A stretch of DNA of 33,657 bases from a virus (Duplodnaviria; Heunggongvirae; Uroviricota; Caudoviricetes). Positions 1-7,467 of this stretch are shown here, in pieces (the first letter of the stretch is position 1; every line of letters begins with the position of its first letter). The stretch is taken from IMG/VR virus record IMGVR_UViG_2939152649_000001, one strand, 5' to 3'. A program made the translations under genes and the position numbers. Under the pieces are notes generated by a model. The model saw nothing but the letters and a program-made list of their open reading frames with translations, made no database searches and was not told the origin of the DNA.

Positions 1-251
1 ATGAGCGGTAAGCGTTATCCCGAAGAGTTTAAAACTGAAGCAGTCAAACAGGTTGTTGATCGCGGTTATTCTGTTGCCAGCGTTGCAACACGTCTCGATA
101 TCACCACCCACAGCCTTTATGCCTGGATAAAGAAGTACGGTCCGGATTCTTCCACTAATAAAGAACAGTCAGATGCTCAGGCCGAGATCCGCCGTCTCCA
201 GAAAGAGCTGAAACGGGTTACCGACGAACGGGACATATTAAAAAAAGCCGC
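1..251 (+). pseudogene. IS3-family transposase OrfA, split by the IS30 insertion (last ~10 codons resume at 1473..1502)
   Basis: Translation MSGKRYPEEFKTEAVKQVV...ERDILKKAA; joining the flanks after removing IS30 and one copy of the GC duplication gives ...KKAAAYFAKLSD-stop, a typical IS3-family OrfA terminus. Confidence 0.8.
240..247 (+). other. A AAA AAG programmed -1 frameshift motif of the IS3-family element (OrfA to OrfAB)
   Basis: Run of seven A then G at the end of orfA; the -1 frame downstream reads ...RYAFIRDNSCCWPVRLLCRVLDVHPSGFYAW, continuous with OrfB. Confidence 0.6.
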
Positions 252-1472
252 TGTAGATTCAATTGGTCAACGCAACAGTTATGTGAAAACATGGGGTTGC
301 GGAGGTTTTTTGAATGAGACGAACATTTACAGCAGAGGAAAAAGCCTCTGTTTTTGAACTATGGAAGAACGGAACAGGCTTCAGTGAAATAGCGAATATC
401 CTGGGTTCAAAACCCGGAACGATCTTCACTATGTTAAGGGATACTGGCGGCATAAAACCCCATGAGCGTAAGCGGGCTGTAGCTCACCTGACACTGTCTG
501 AGCGCGAGGAGATACGAGCTGGTTTGTCAGCCAAAATGAGCATTCGTGCGATAGCTACTGCGCTGAATCGCAGTCCTTCGACGATCTCACGTGAAGTTCA
601 GCGTAATCGGGGCAGACGCTATTACAAAGCTGTTGATGCTAATAACCGAGCCAACAGAATGGCGAAAAGGCCAAAACCGTGCTTACTGGATCAAAATTTA
701 CCATTGCGAAAGCTTGTTCTGGAAAAGCTGGAGATGAAATGGTCTCCAGAGCAAATATCAGGATGGTTAAGGCGAACAAAACCACGTCAAAAAACGCTGC
801 GAATATCACCTGAGACAATTTATAAAACGCTGTACTTTCGTAGCCGTGAAGCGCTACACCACCTGAATATACAGCATCTGCGACGGTCGCATAGCCTTCG
901 CCATGGCAGGCGTCATACCCGCAAAGGCGAAAGAGGTACGATTAACATAGTGAACGGAACACCAATTCACGAACGTTCCCGAAATATCGATAACAGACGC
1001 TCTCTGGGGCATTGGGAGGGCGATTTAGTCTCAGGTACAAAAAACTCTCATATAGCCACACTTGTAGACCGAAAATCACGTTATACGATCATCCTTAGAC
1101 TCAGGGGCAAAGATTCTGTCTCAGTAAATCAGGCTCTTACCGACAAATTCCTGAGTTTACCGTCAGAACTCAGAAAATCACTGACATGGGACAGAGGAAT
1201 GGAACTGGCCAGACATCTAGAATTTACTGTCAGCACCGGCGTTAAAGTTTACTTCTGCGATCCTCAGAGTCCTTGGCAGCGGGGAACAAATGAGAACACA
1301 AATGGGCTAATTCGGCAGTACTTTCCTAAAAAGACATGTCTTGCCCAATATACTCAACATGAACTAGATCTGGTTGCTGCTCAGCTAAACAACAGACCGA
1401 GAAAGACACTGAAGTTCAAAACACCGAAAGAGATAATTGAAAGGGGTGTTGCATTGACAGATTGAATCTACA
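252..1472 (+). mobile_element. IS30, complete 1221-bp copy
   Basis: Terminal inverted repeats TGTAGATTCAATTGGTCAACGCAAC (252..) and its imperfect reverse complement ending ...GAATCTACA (..1472); flanked by 2-bp GC direct duplication (250-251 and 1473-1474); single 383-aa transposase ORF. Confidence 0.9.
314..1465 (+). CDS. insI: IS30 transposase
   Basis: 383-aa ORF MRRTFTAEEKASVFELWKNGTGFSEIANILG... recognised as the IS30 transposase; fills the element between the inverted repeats. Confidence 0.93.
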   Translation: MRRTFTAEEKASVFELWKNGTGFSEIANILGSKPGTIFTMLRDTGGIKPHERKRAVAHLTLSEREEIRAGLSAKMSIRAIATALNRSPSTISREVQRNRGRRYYKAVDANNRANRMAKRPKPCLLDQNLPLRKLVLEKLEMKWSPEQISGWLRRTKPRQKTLRISPETIYKTLYFRSREALHHLNIQHLRRSHSLRHGRRHTRKGERGTINIVNGTPIHERSRNIDNRRSLGHWEGDLVSGTKNSHIATLVDRKSRYTIILRLRGKDSVSVNQALTDKFLSLPSELRKSLTWDRGMELARHLEFTVSTGVKVYFCDPQSPWQRGTNENTNGLIRQYFPKKTCLAQYTQHELDLVAAQLNNRPRKTLKFKTPKEIIERGVALTD

Positions 1473-1558
1473 GCGGCGTACTTCGCAAAGCTGTCCGACT
1501 GAGGTACGCCTTTATCCGTGACAACTCCTGTTGCTGGCCTGTTCGCCTGCTCTGTCGG

Positions 1559-2371
1559 GTGCTGGATGTTCATCCCAGTGGTTTTTACGCCTGGCTTCAG
1601 CAGCCGCATTCACAACGCCATCAGGCAGACCTGAGACTGACAGGACAGATTAAACAGTTCTGGCTGGAATCGGGATGCGTCTATGGTTATCGCAAAATCC
1701 ATCTGGATTTGCGTGACAGCGGGCAACAGTGCGGAGTAAACAGAGTCTGGAGACTGATGAAACGTGTCGGAATAAAGGCTCAGGTCGGATACCGAAGCCC
1801 GCGGGCACGTAAAGGCGAGGCCAGTATCGTGTCACCCAACAGGCTCCAGCGACAGTTCAATCCGGATGCTCCTGATGAGCGTTGGGTAACGGACATAACC
1901 TACATCAGGACCCACGAAGGCTGGCTGTATCTTGCCGTTGTTGTTGATCTGTTCTCACGCAAAATTATCGGCTGGTCCATGCAATCCCGGATGACAAAGG
2001 ACATTGTCCTGAACGCACTGCTGATGGCTGTATGGCGGCGTAATCCCGAAAAACAGGTGCTGGTTCATTCGGATCAGGGCAGTCAGTACACAAGCCATGA
2101 GTGGCAGTCGTTCCTGAAATCACACGGCCTGGAGGGTAGCATGAGCCGTCGCGGTAACTGCCATGATAATGCGGTTGCAGAAAGTTTTTTCCAGTTGTTG
2201 AAACGTGAACGGATAAAGAAAAAGATCTACGGAACGCGGGAAGAAGCCCGCAGTGATATTTTTGATTACATCGAAATGTTTTATAACAGTAAGCGTCGGC
2301 ATGGTTCTAGCGAACAGATGTCACCGACAGAATATGAAAACCAGTATTATCAACGGCTCGGAAGTGTCTAG
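1559..2371 (+). CDS. IS3-family transposase OrfB (integrase catalytic core); normally made as OrfAB fusion by -1 frameshift
   Basis: 270-aa ORF with WVTDITYI...LAVVVDLFSRKIIGWS...HSDQGSQYTS...NAVAESFF motifs typical of DDE integrase-core transposases; reading frame extends upstream of the first Met to the slippery site. Confidence 0.85.
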   Translation: MLDVHPSGFYAWLQQPHSQRHQADLRLTGQIKQFWLESGCVYGYRKIHLDLRDSGQQCGVNRVWRLMKRVGIKAQVGYRSPRARKGEASIVSPNRLQRQFNPDAPDERWVTDITYIRTHEGWLYLAVVVDLFSRKIIGWSMQSRMTKDIVLNALLMAVWRRNPEKQVLVHSDQGSQYTSHEWQSFLKSHGLEGSMSRRGNCHDNAVAESFFQLLKRERIKKKIYGTREEARSDIFDYIEMFYNSKRRHGSSEQMSPTEYENQYYQRLGSV

Positions 2372-2389
2372 ATTATCCGTGGCGATTCA

Positions 2390-2674
2390 GTTATGAACTT
2401 GGGGGTCTATACCATTTGTAAGCAACGACAAGTATTCATCACGTAAAGCTCGTGCCTTCGCAAGTGTAAGGTGAGGATAGGTTCCTAAGCTCACCTTAGT
2501 TCGCTTTTTGGTCACAGGCACTGCATATCTGAAATACCAATTTTTCTTCCCTCCCTTCGCCAGGGGAGCGATTCGCAACAGCAAACCATCGCCGTCAAAA
2601 AGGTTAACCTCTTTTTCGGCAGGTTTGGTGCTTTTGATTTCAGTGTCAGTGAGCTTCTTAGCGATTTTGGCCAT
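2390..2674 (-). pseudogene. P4-type (CP4-57 IntA-like) tyrosine integrase, N-terminal arm-binding domain only; 3' part removed by the IS3-family insertion
   Basis: MAKIAKKLTDTEIKSTKPAEKEVNLFDGDGLLLRIAPLAKGGKKNWYFRYAVPVTKKRTKVSLGTYPHLTLAKARALRDEYLSLLTNGIDPQ matches the conserved N-terminus of P4-family integrases; the ORF runs into IS sequence after ~95 codons, and no catalytic domain follows. Confidence 0.75.
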
Positions 2675-2772
2675 GTTTGGGACCCTCGATTTTAGGACCC
2701 ATCTTCGTGGGTCCCATTCAGGGTGCCATAACTCGTAGTTCTCAGCAATTCTCACTAGACTACAATAGACGT

Positions 2773-2804
2773 AAAAAAGCCCGCAGAGCTTGTGCTGTGC
2801 GGGC
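2773..2804 (-). terminator. Rho-independent terminator downstream of the displaced ssrA 3' end copy
   Basis: Perfect 7-bp stem GCCCGCA/TGCGGGC (2779-2785 and 2798-2804) with 12-nt loop, followed on the minus strand by a run of six T (plus-strand A6 at 2773-2778). Confidence 0.5.
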
Positions 2805-2836
2805 TTAGTAGACTTTACTGAACTTCAGTACATCAA

Positions 2837-2885
2837 TATTTGGTGGAGCTGGCGGGAGTTGAACCCGCGTCCGAAATTCCTACAT
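2837..2885. repeat. 49-bp direct repeat of the ssrA 3' end (att core; prophage attL)
   Basis: TATTTGGTGGAGCTGGCGGGAGTTGAACCCGCGTCCGAAATTCCTACAT is identical to 32594..32642 at the 3' end of the intact ssrA; the sequences diverge immediately outside. Confidence 0.9.
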
Positions 2886-3002
2886 ACCATTTTTACACTA
2901 ACGAAATCATATTTTTTCATTTTAAATCATGATGTTAGTGTTAATCTGTGTTTGCTTGTTTTACTTGTTTTTAGTGCTCTGCCGCCAAAGTGCCGCCATT
3001 TA

Positions 3003-4028
3003 TTAGCGATGCCAGTTGAGGTTATGAAGTGGATTTTTGGTAACGGCATCTTCCAGATGATCCGGTGCAAAATGGGCATAAATCATGGTCATTTTAATAT
3101 CAGCGTGCCCTAAAATATCCCTCAATACTAAAATGTTTCCGCCGTTCATCATAAAGTGGCTGGCGAAAGTGTGGCGCAGAACGTGGGTACATTGACCTTC
3201 AGGTAGTTCAATTCCAGCTCGTTTTACCGCACGCTCAAAAGCCTTTCGGCATGGTGTGAATAACTTTCCTCTGTTTTTGGGTAATTCTTCATACAGTTCC
3301 TGAGAAATAGGAACAGTTCGGTTTTTCTTTCCTTTTGTTTTGGTATAGGTAATTCGATACTTTGATATCTGGTTACCTTGCAGGTTTTCGGCTTCGCTCC
3401 ATCTTGCCCCGGTTGCCAGACAAATCTTGGCAATCATTAGCAGACTGGGACTTTGAGATTCAGCACAAGCGTCAAGCAGGCGTTTGATTTCATCAGCAGC
3501 AAGGAACGCCAGTTCACCCTCTGCAATTTTGAAAGTTGGCAGACCGGCGAGAGGGTTGGGTGCAGACCAATGTCCCAGCTTTTTCAGTGTGCCAAAAACT
3601 GAGGATAGGTTACGTTGTTCAAGGTTCACCGTTCTGGGCTTAACTGGTGACATGAGCACACCATCTTCGTTTTTGACCTCACCTTTTAATCTGGCTTCCC
3701 GGTATTTTGTGAAATCACCTGCTGTCAATTCAGAAGCGATGGGATCGCCAAGCCCATTACAAATGATTTTTAACTTAGCCATTAATCGCTTAGGGTCAGC
3801 GAGTGTCTGACCGTACAGGGAATACCATTGCTCAATCACTTCTGACAGTTGTCGCCGATCTTCCTTTTCTCCCAGCCAAGGTTTCTTGTTTACCTCGTCC
3901 ATGGTGAAATTCTCAAACGCAATGGCTTCGCCTTTCGTCGCAAATTGTTTGCGTACGCGTTTGCCATCTCGCCCGTTTGGGTAGCATTCACATAACCACT
4001 TTCCGTTCGGCTGTTTTCTGATGGTCAT
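3003..4028 (-). CDS. int: Phage integrase (tyrosine recombinase), P2/186 type
   Basis: 341-aa ORF next to attL; C-terminal catalytic region ...ATGARWSE...HVLRHTFASHFMMNGGNILVLRDILGHADIKMTMIYAHF carries the R..H-x-x-R..Y signature of tyrosine recombinases. Confidence 0.93.
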   Translation of the reverse strand: MTIRKQPNGKWLCECYPNGRDGKRVRKQFATKGEAIAFENFTMDEVNKKPWLGEKEDRRQLSEVIEQWYSLYGQTLADPKRLMAKLKIICNGLGDPIASELTAGDFTKYREARLKGEVKNEDGVLMSPVKPRTVNLEQRNLSSVFGTLKKLGHWSAPNPLAGLPTFKIAEGELAFLAADEIKRLLDACAESQSPSLLMIAKICLATGARWSEAENLQGNQISKYRITYTKTKGKKNRTVPISQELYEELPKNRGKLFTPCRKAFERAVKRAGIELPEGQCTHVLRHTFASHFMMNGGNILVLRDILGHADIKMTMIYAHFAPDHLEDAVTKNPLHNLNWHR

Positions 4029-4029
4029 A

Positions 4030-4662
4030 TCAAAGGCTCTTAATGATTTTCAGTGCGCGGCCTATTACCTTAATGTCATCCAGTTCGCACTCAAACGATG
4101 AATCATCCTGATGCACTACTAATCTGTTTCCCGGGAGTCGTGTCAATTTTACAATGCTTTTTATCCCGTCGATGTCCACTAACCACGTACCATTTACTGG
4201 TGGTGTTTGGTTGCGATCTATTAAATAAGAATCACCAGAAGTAGTCACCAGCAGCAGGTTGCTTGAGTCTGAGGGGAGTATGCTGCTATCAATGATTGCT
4301 TTTCCAGCATCGACCAATAAACCACCGTTGAGAGTTGCCTTTTCAATTTCAGGAGATACAAGCTCAGAAAGAGGTTTAACCTTGCTGGGGTTCACGGAAT
4401 TGATATTTTTTTTAGGGTCAATGTTTGAACCTGGCTCGCCCTGTCCGGTGGTTAGCCATAGTAAAGAAACTCCTGTTTCCAAGGCGCACTGAATCACCCA
4501 TTCTGCGGGAAAGCTATCTCTTAAGTATCTGTTTGCCATAGTGCTTTTTGATGCACCTAAGTGATCGCAAAGTTGCTGTCTGGACTTGAAATCATAGGCT
4601 GCCATTAGTCTATGGATAGCCTCTCTTCCCCCTGTATTCTCGCCAGCTTTTACCTGTATCAT
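4030..4662 (-). CDS. cI: Immunity repressor CI, 186 type
   Basis: 210-aa ORF directly upstream of int, divergent from the early operon; N-terminal HTH region with ...ANRYLR...CALETGVSLLWLTTGQG resembles 186-family CI; no obvious Ser/Lys autopeptidase dyad. Confidence 0.8.
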   Translation of the reverse strand: MIQVKAGENTGGREAIHRLMAAYDFKSRQQLCDHLGASKSTMANRYLRDSFPAEWVIQCALETGVSLLWLTTGQGEPGSNIDPKKNINSVNPSKVKPLSELVSPEIEKATLNGGLLVDAGKAIIDSSILPSDSSNLLLVTTSGDSYLIDRNQTPPVNGTWLVDIDGIKSIVKLTRLPGNRLVVHQDDSSFECELDDIKVIGRALKIIKSL

Positions 4663-4679
4663 TTCTTAATCCTATTGAC

Positions 4680-4726
4680 GTATCAAATATTGGATCGTAG
4701 TATCTCGATGTATCAAATATTGAATC
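4680..4726. promoter_or_regulatory. Lysis-lysogeny switch region with two 17-bp direct repeats (candidate operators) between cI and apl/cox
   Basis: GTATCAAATATTGGATC (4680..4696) and GTATCAAATATTGAATC (4710..4726), 30 bp apart, in the 119-bp divergent intergenic region. Confidence 0.5.
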
Positions 4727-4781
4727 TAATAAAACAAGATAAAACTACATAAACCAAACCTTAATCGAGAGATACTGCACT

Positions 4782-5030
4782 ATGAGCAACGATATTTCAA
4801 TTCGTGTACCAAAAGTGATGGCGACACCTGCAGAGTTCGCGGAATGGGAAGGCCGCTCTCGCGGTTCGGTATATCAAATGATTCATAATGGTAAACTCGC
4901 TAAGTTTTTGGAAAGAAAGGAAAAACCGAAAGACAGAGTATGTATACGTTACCTTGAGTACAAAAAGGAACAAGTCAGGAAAAACATGGGCCAATCCAAT
5001 TTCAACTTTAATGTCATCGTTGGTGACTAA
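4782..5030 (+). CDS. Apl/Cox-like small DNA-binding regulator (excisionase / early repressor)
   Basis: 82-aa first gene of the rightward early operon, the position of cox (P2) or apl (186); basic, HTH-like segment AEFAEWEGRSRGSVYQMIHNGKL. Confidence 0.6.
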   Translation: MSNDISIRVPKVMATPAEFAEWEGRSRGSVYQMIHNGKLAKFLERKEKPKDRVCIRYLEYKKEQVRKNMGQSNFNFNVIVGD

Positions 5031-5062
5031 GTTCAATTATGAGAACTTTCTAAGGTGGCAGC

Positions 5063-5572
5063 ATGTTTGATTACAAAATTTCCAAACATCCGCATTTTGA
5101 TGAAGCCTGTAGAACTTTTGCACTACGTCACAATATGGCGAAGCTGGCAGAACGTGCAGGAATGAATGTTCAGACACTGAGAAACAAACTCAACCCAGAT
5201 CAACCGCATCAGCTCACCGCACCAGAAATCTGGCTGCTTACCGATCTGACTGAAGATTCAACGCTGGTAGATGGTTTTCTGGCTCAGATTCACTGCCTGC
5301 CATGCGTACCGATTAATGAGGTGGCAAAAGAGAAACTGCCACATTACGTCATGAGTGCAACCGCAGAGATCGGGCGTGTTGCTGCAGGTGCGGTATCTGG
5401 CGATGTAAAAACCAGTGCAGGTCGTCGTGATGCTATCAGCAGCATTAACTCTGTAACACGACTGATGGCGTTGGCTGCTGTTTCATTGCAGGCCCGTTTA
5501 CAGGCTAACCCTGCGATGGCGAGTGCAGTTGATACCGTGACTGGCCTCGGTGCTTCATTCGGTTTGCTGTGA
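5063..5572 (+). CDS. cII: CII-like regulatory protein
   Basis: 169-aa ORF right after apl/cox, matching the position and size of 186 CII; N-terminal HTH-like region ...LAERAGMNVQTLRNKLNPDQ. Confidence 0.65.
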   Translation: MFDYKISKHPHFDEACRTFALRHNMAKLAERAGMNVQTLRNKLNPDQPHQLTAPEIWLLTDLTEDSTLVDGFLAQIHCLPCVPINEVAKEKLPHYVMSATAEIGRVAAGAVSGDVKTSAGRRDAISSINSVTRLMALAAVSLQARLQANPAMASAVDTVTGLGASFGLL

Positions 5573-5579
5573 GGTGCTT

Positions 5580-5780
5580 ATGCTGACGAAAGAACCATCA
5601 TTTGCATCGCTGCTGGTAAAGCAAAGCCCGGCAATGCACTACGGTCACGGCTGGATCATGGGTGAGGATGGAAAACGCTGGCATCCGTGCCGTTCACAAG
5701 ATGAATTGCTGGCAGAACTATCTACGAAGAAACGGGGGAACAAATGGCTATTGAAGGCGCTGCGGCGACTGTTCCATTAA
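5580..5780 (+). CDS. Hypothetical early protein
   Basis: 66-aa ORF from the Met of MLTKEPSFASLL..., with GAGGTG ribosome-binding site 7 nt upstream; position corresponds to the fil/dhr/orf78-83 region of 186/P2. Confidence 0.45.
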   Translation: MLTKEPSFASLLVKQSPAMHYGHGWIMGEDGKRWHPCRSQDELLAELSTKKRGNKWLLKALRRLFH

Positions 5781-6085
5781 GCCCCGGTGAACGCCTGAAT
5801 GGACTTAATCACATTGCGGAGTTAAGGGCGAAAGTATTTGGCCTGAATATTGAGTCAGAGCTTGAGCGGTTTATTAAAGATATACGTGATCCACGGGATG
5901 TTAATTATGAACGAAATAAACGAGCACTGGCTGCTATATTCTTTATAGCAAAAATTCCAGCTGAACGTCATAGCATCAGCATTAATGAGCTGACCACTGA
6001 CGAAAAGCGGGAGTTGATTAAAGTAATGAATCATCTTCGTGCAGTGGTGAGCTTATTTCCCAGACGGCTAGCCATGCCGAATTAA
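5744..6085 (+). CDS. Hypothetical early protein
   Basis: 113-aa ORF in the early operon, overlapping the preceding ORF; no recognisable motif. Confidence 0.45.
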   Translation: MAIEGAAATVPLSPGERLNGLNHIAELRAKVFGLNIESELERFIKDIRDPRDVNYERNKRALAAIFFIAKIPAERHSISINELTTDEKRELIKVMNHLRAVVSLFPRRLAMPN

Positions 6086-6146
6086 CCAATTAATGAAATT
6101 CATGGCGTAAACCCGCCGGGCATTCCTTTATCTAAATTCAGGAGAA

Positions 6147-6386
6147 TTGATTATGCGTAATATTGAAACCCTCTCGACTAAAACCGGACCGGATGACGCA
6201 GGACTTAATATTTTACTGACAGAGGCTCGTCTGGAAGAACGTCGGGCAAGAGCTGAAGCAATGGCAGCTCGCCTTGATAGCCTTGCGTGCCATATCACAT
6301 CCCGCCAGCTAAACCACGTTGAAGCGGCTGAACTGCTGCGTGTGGCAGCTGAAGCAATCCAGAACGAAGCGCAGGAGATCCACTAA
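6147..6386 (+). CDS. Hypothetical early protein (small, alanine/arginine-rich helical)
   Basis: 79-aa ORF co-oriented in the early operon; stop overlaps the start of the next gene. Confidence 0.5.
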   Translation: MIMRNIETLSTKTGPDDAGLNILLTEARLEERRARAEAMAARLDSLACHITSRQLNHVEAAELLRVAAEAIQNEAQEIH

Positions 6387-6613
6387 TGGCTGATGCAATG
6401 GATCTCGTACAGCAGCGCGTTGAAGAAGAACGCCAGCGTCATATCCGTGCTGCCCGTGCCAAAACGCCGGGCGTGTCCCGCGTGCTTTGCATTGAGTGTG
6501 AAGCGCCAATTCCGCCAGCACGCCGCCGTGCCATTCCGGGTGTGCAGCTTTGCATTACCTGTCAGGAAATCGCAGAGCTGAAAGGCAAACATTACAACGG
6601 AGGTGCTGTATGA
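6386..6613 (+). CDS. TraR/DksA-family C4 zinc-finger protein
   Basis: 75-aa ORF with CIECEAPIP...(17 aa)...CITCQ (Cys-x2-Cys ... Cys-x2-Cys) at the C-terminus, as in P2-family early zinc-finger ORFs. Confidence 0.7.
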   Translation: MADAMDLVQQRVEEERQRHIRAARAKTPGVSRVLCIECEAPIPPARRRAIPGVQLCITCQEIAELKGKHYNGGAV

Positions 6614-7467
6614 GCACCATCCTGAAATGGGCGGGAAATAAAACCGCCATTATGTCCGAACTGAAAAAGCATCTTCCTGCTGGCCCGCGACTGGTTGAAC
6701 CTTTCGCGGGTTCCTGTGCAGTGATGATGGAGACGGAGTACCCCAGCTATCTTGTTGCGGATATTAATCCTGATTTAATCAACCTCTATAAAAAGGTTGC
6801 TGCTGATTGTGAATCGTTTATATCTCGCGCCAGAGTTTTATTTGAGATCGCAAACAGGGGGGTGGCTTATTACAACATAAGGCAGGAGTTTAATTACTCA
6901 ACTGAAATTACTGATTTCATGAAAGCGGTATATTTCCTGTATCTCAATCGTCACGGTTACCGTGGTTTATGTCGCTATAACAAGAGCGGGCATTTCAACA
7001 TTCCCTACGGTAATTATAAAAATCCGTATTTCCCTGAAAAAGAAATTCGCGCATTTGCAGAAAAAGCCCAGCGAGCAACGTTTATCTGCGCCAGCTTTGA
7101 TGAAACGCTGGCGATGTTGAAGGCGGGGGATGTGGTGTATTGCGATCCGCCGTATGACGGTACGTTTTCCGGCTATCACACTGATGGTTTCACTGAAGAT
7201 GACCAGTATCACCTGGCATCCGTTCTTGAACATCGGTCATCAGAAGGACATCCGGTCATTGTTTCTAACAGTGATACATCCCTGATCCGTTCGCTGTATC
7301 GCAATTTTACTCACCACTATATCAAGGTAAAACGCAGCATCGGTGTGGCAGCTGGCGAGGGTAAATCAGCAACAGAAATCATTGCTGTTTCCGGGCCGCG
7401 CTGCTGGGTGGGATTTGATTATTCGCGTGGCGTGGATAGTTCTGCCGTGTACGGAGTACGTGCATGA
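6610..7467 (+). CDS. dam: DNA adenine methyltransferase (Dam family, N6-adenine)
   Basis: N-terminal LKWAGNK and VEPFAGS (AdoMet binding), [16 protein letters not shown], and catalytic DPPY (VYCDPPYDG); ATG at 6610 overlaps the upstream stop (ATGA). Confidence 0.9.
   Translation: MSTILKWAGNKTAIMSELKKHLPAGPRLVEPFAGSCAVMMETEYPSYLVADINPDLINLYKKVAADCESFISRARVLFEIANRGVAYYNIRQEFNYSTEITDFMKAVYFLYLNRHGYRGLCRYNKSGHFNIPYGNYKNPYFPEKEIRAFAEKAQRATFICASFDETLAMLKAGDVVYCDPPYDGTFSGYHTDGFTEDDQYHLASVLEHRSSEGHPVIVSNSDTSLIRSLYRNFTHHYIKVKRSIGVAAGEGKSATEIIAVSGPRCWVGFDYSRGVDSSAVYGVRA

Larger units (their letters stand above)
1..2389 (+). mobile_element. IS3-family insertion sequence, partial (left end lies beyond window start); itself interrupted by IS30
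   Basis: Two-ORF IS3-type organisation (OrfA with HTH, OrfB with integrase core) and an A AAA AAG slippery site; orfB stops at 2371 and the element appears to end near 2389 where integrase-derived codons begin. Right end estimated, not verified by inverted repeats. Confidence 0.8.

Noticed and set aside
2790-3113. 107-aa plus-strand ORF spanning the att repeat and the integrase 3' end
   Set aside because: Covers the attL core and AT-rich arm region and overlaps the end of int on the opposite strand; no coding signal.
4030-4662. CI as a LexA/lambda-like self-cleaving S24 peptidase repressor
   Set aside because: No clear Ser-Lys catalytic dyad pattern by eye, and a LexA-controlled tum-like module at 9971..10464 fits the 186-type antirepressor mechanism better.
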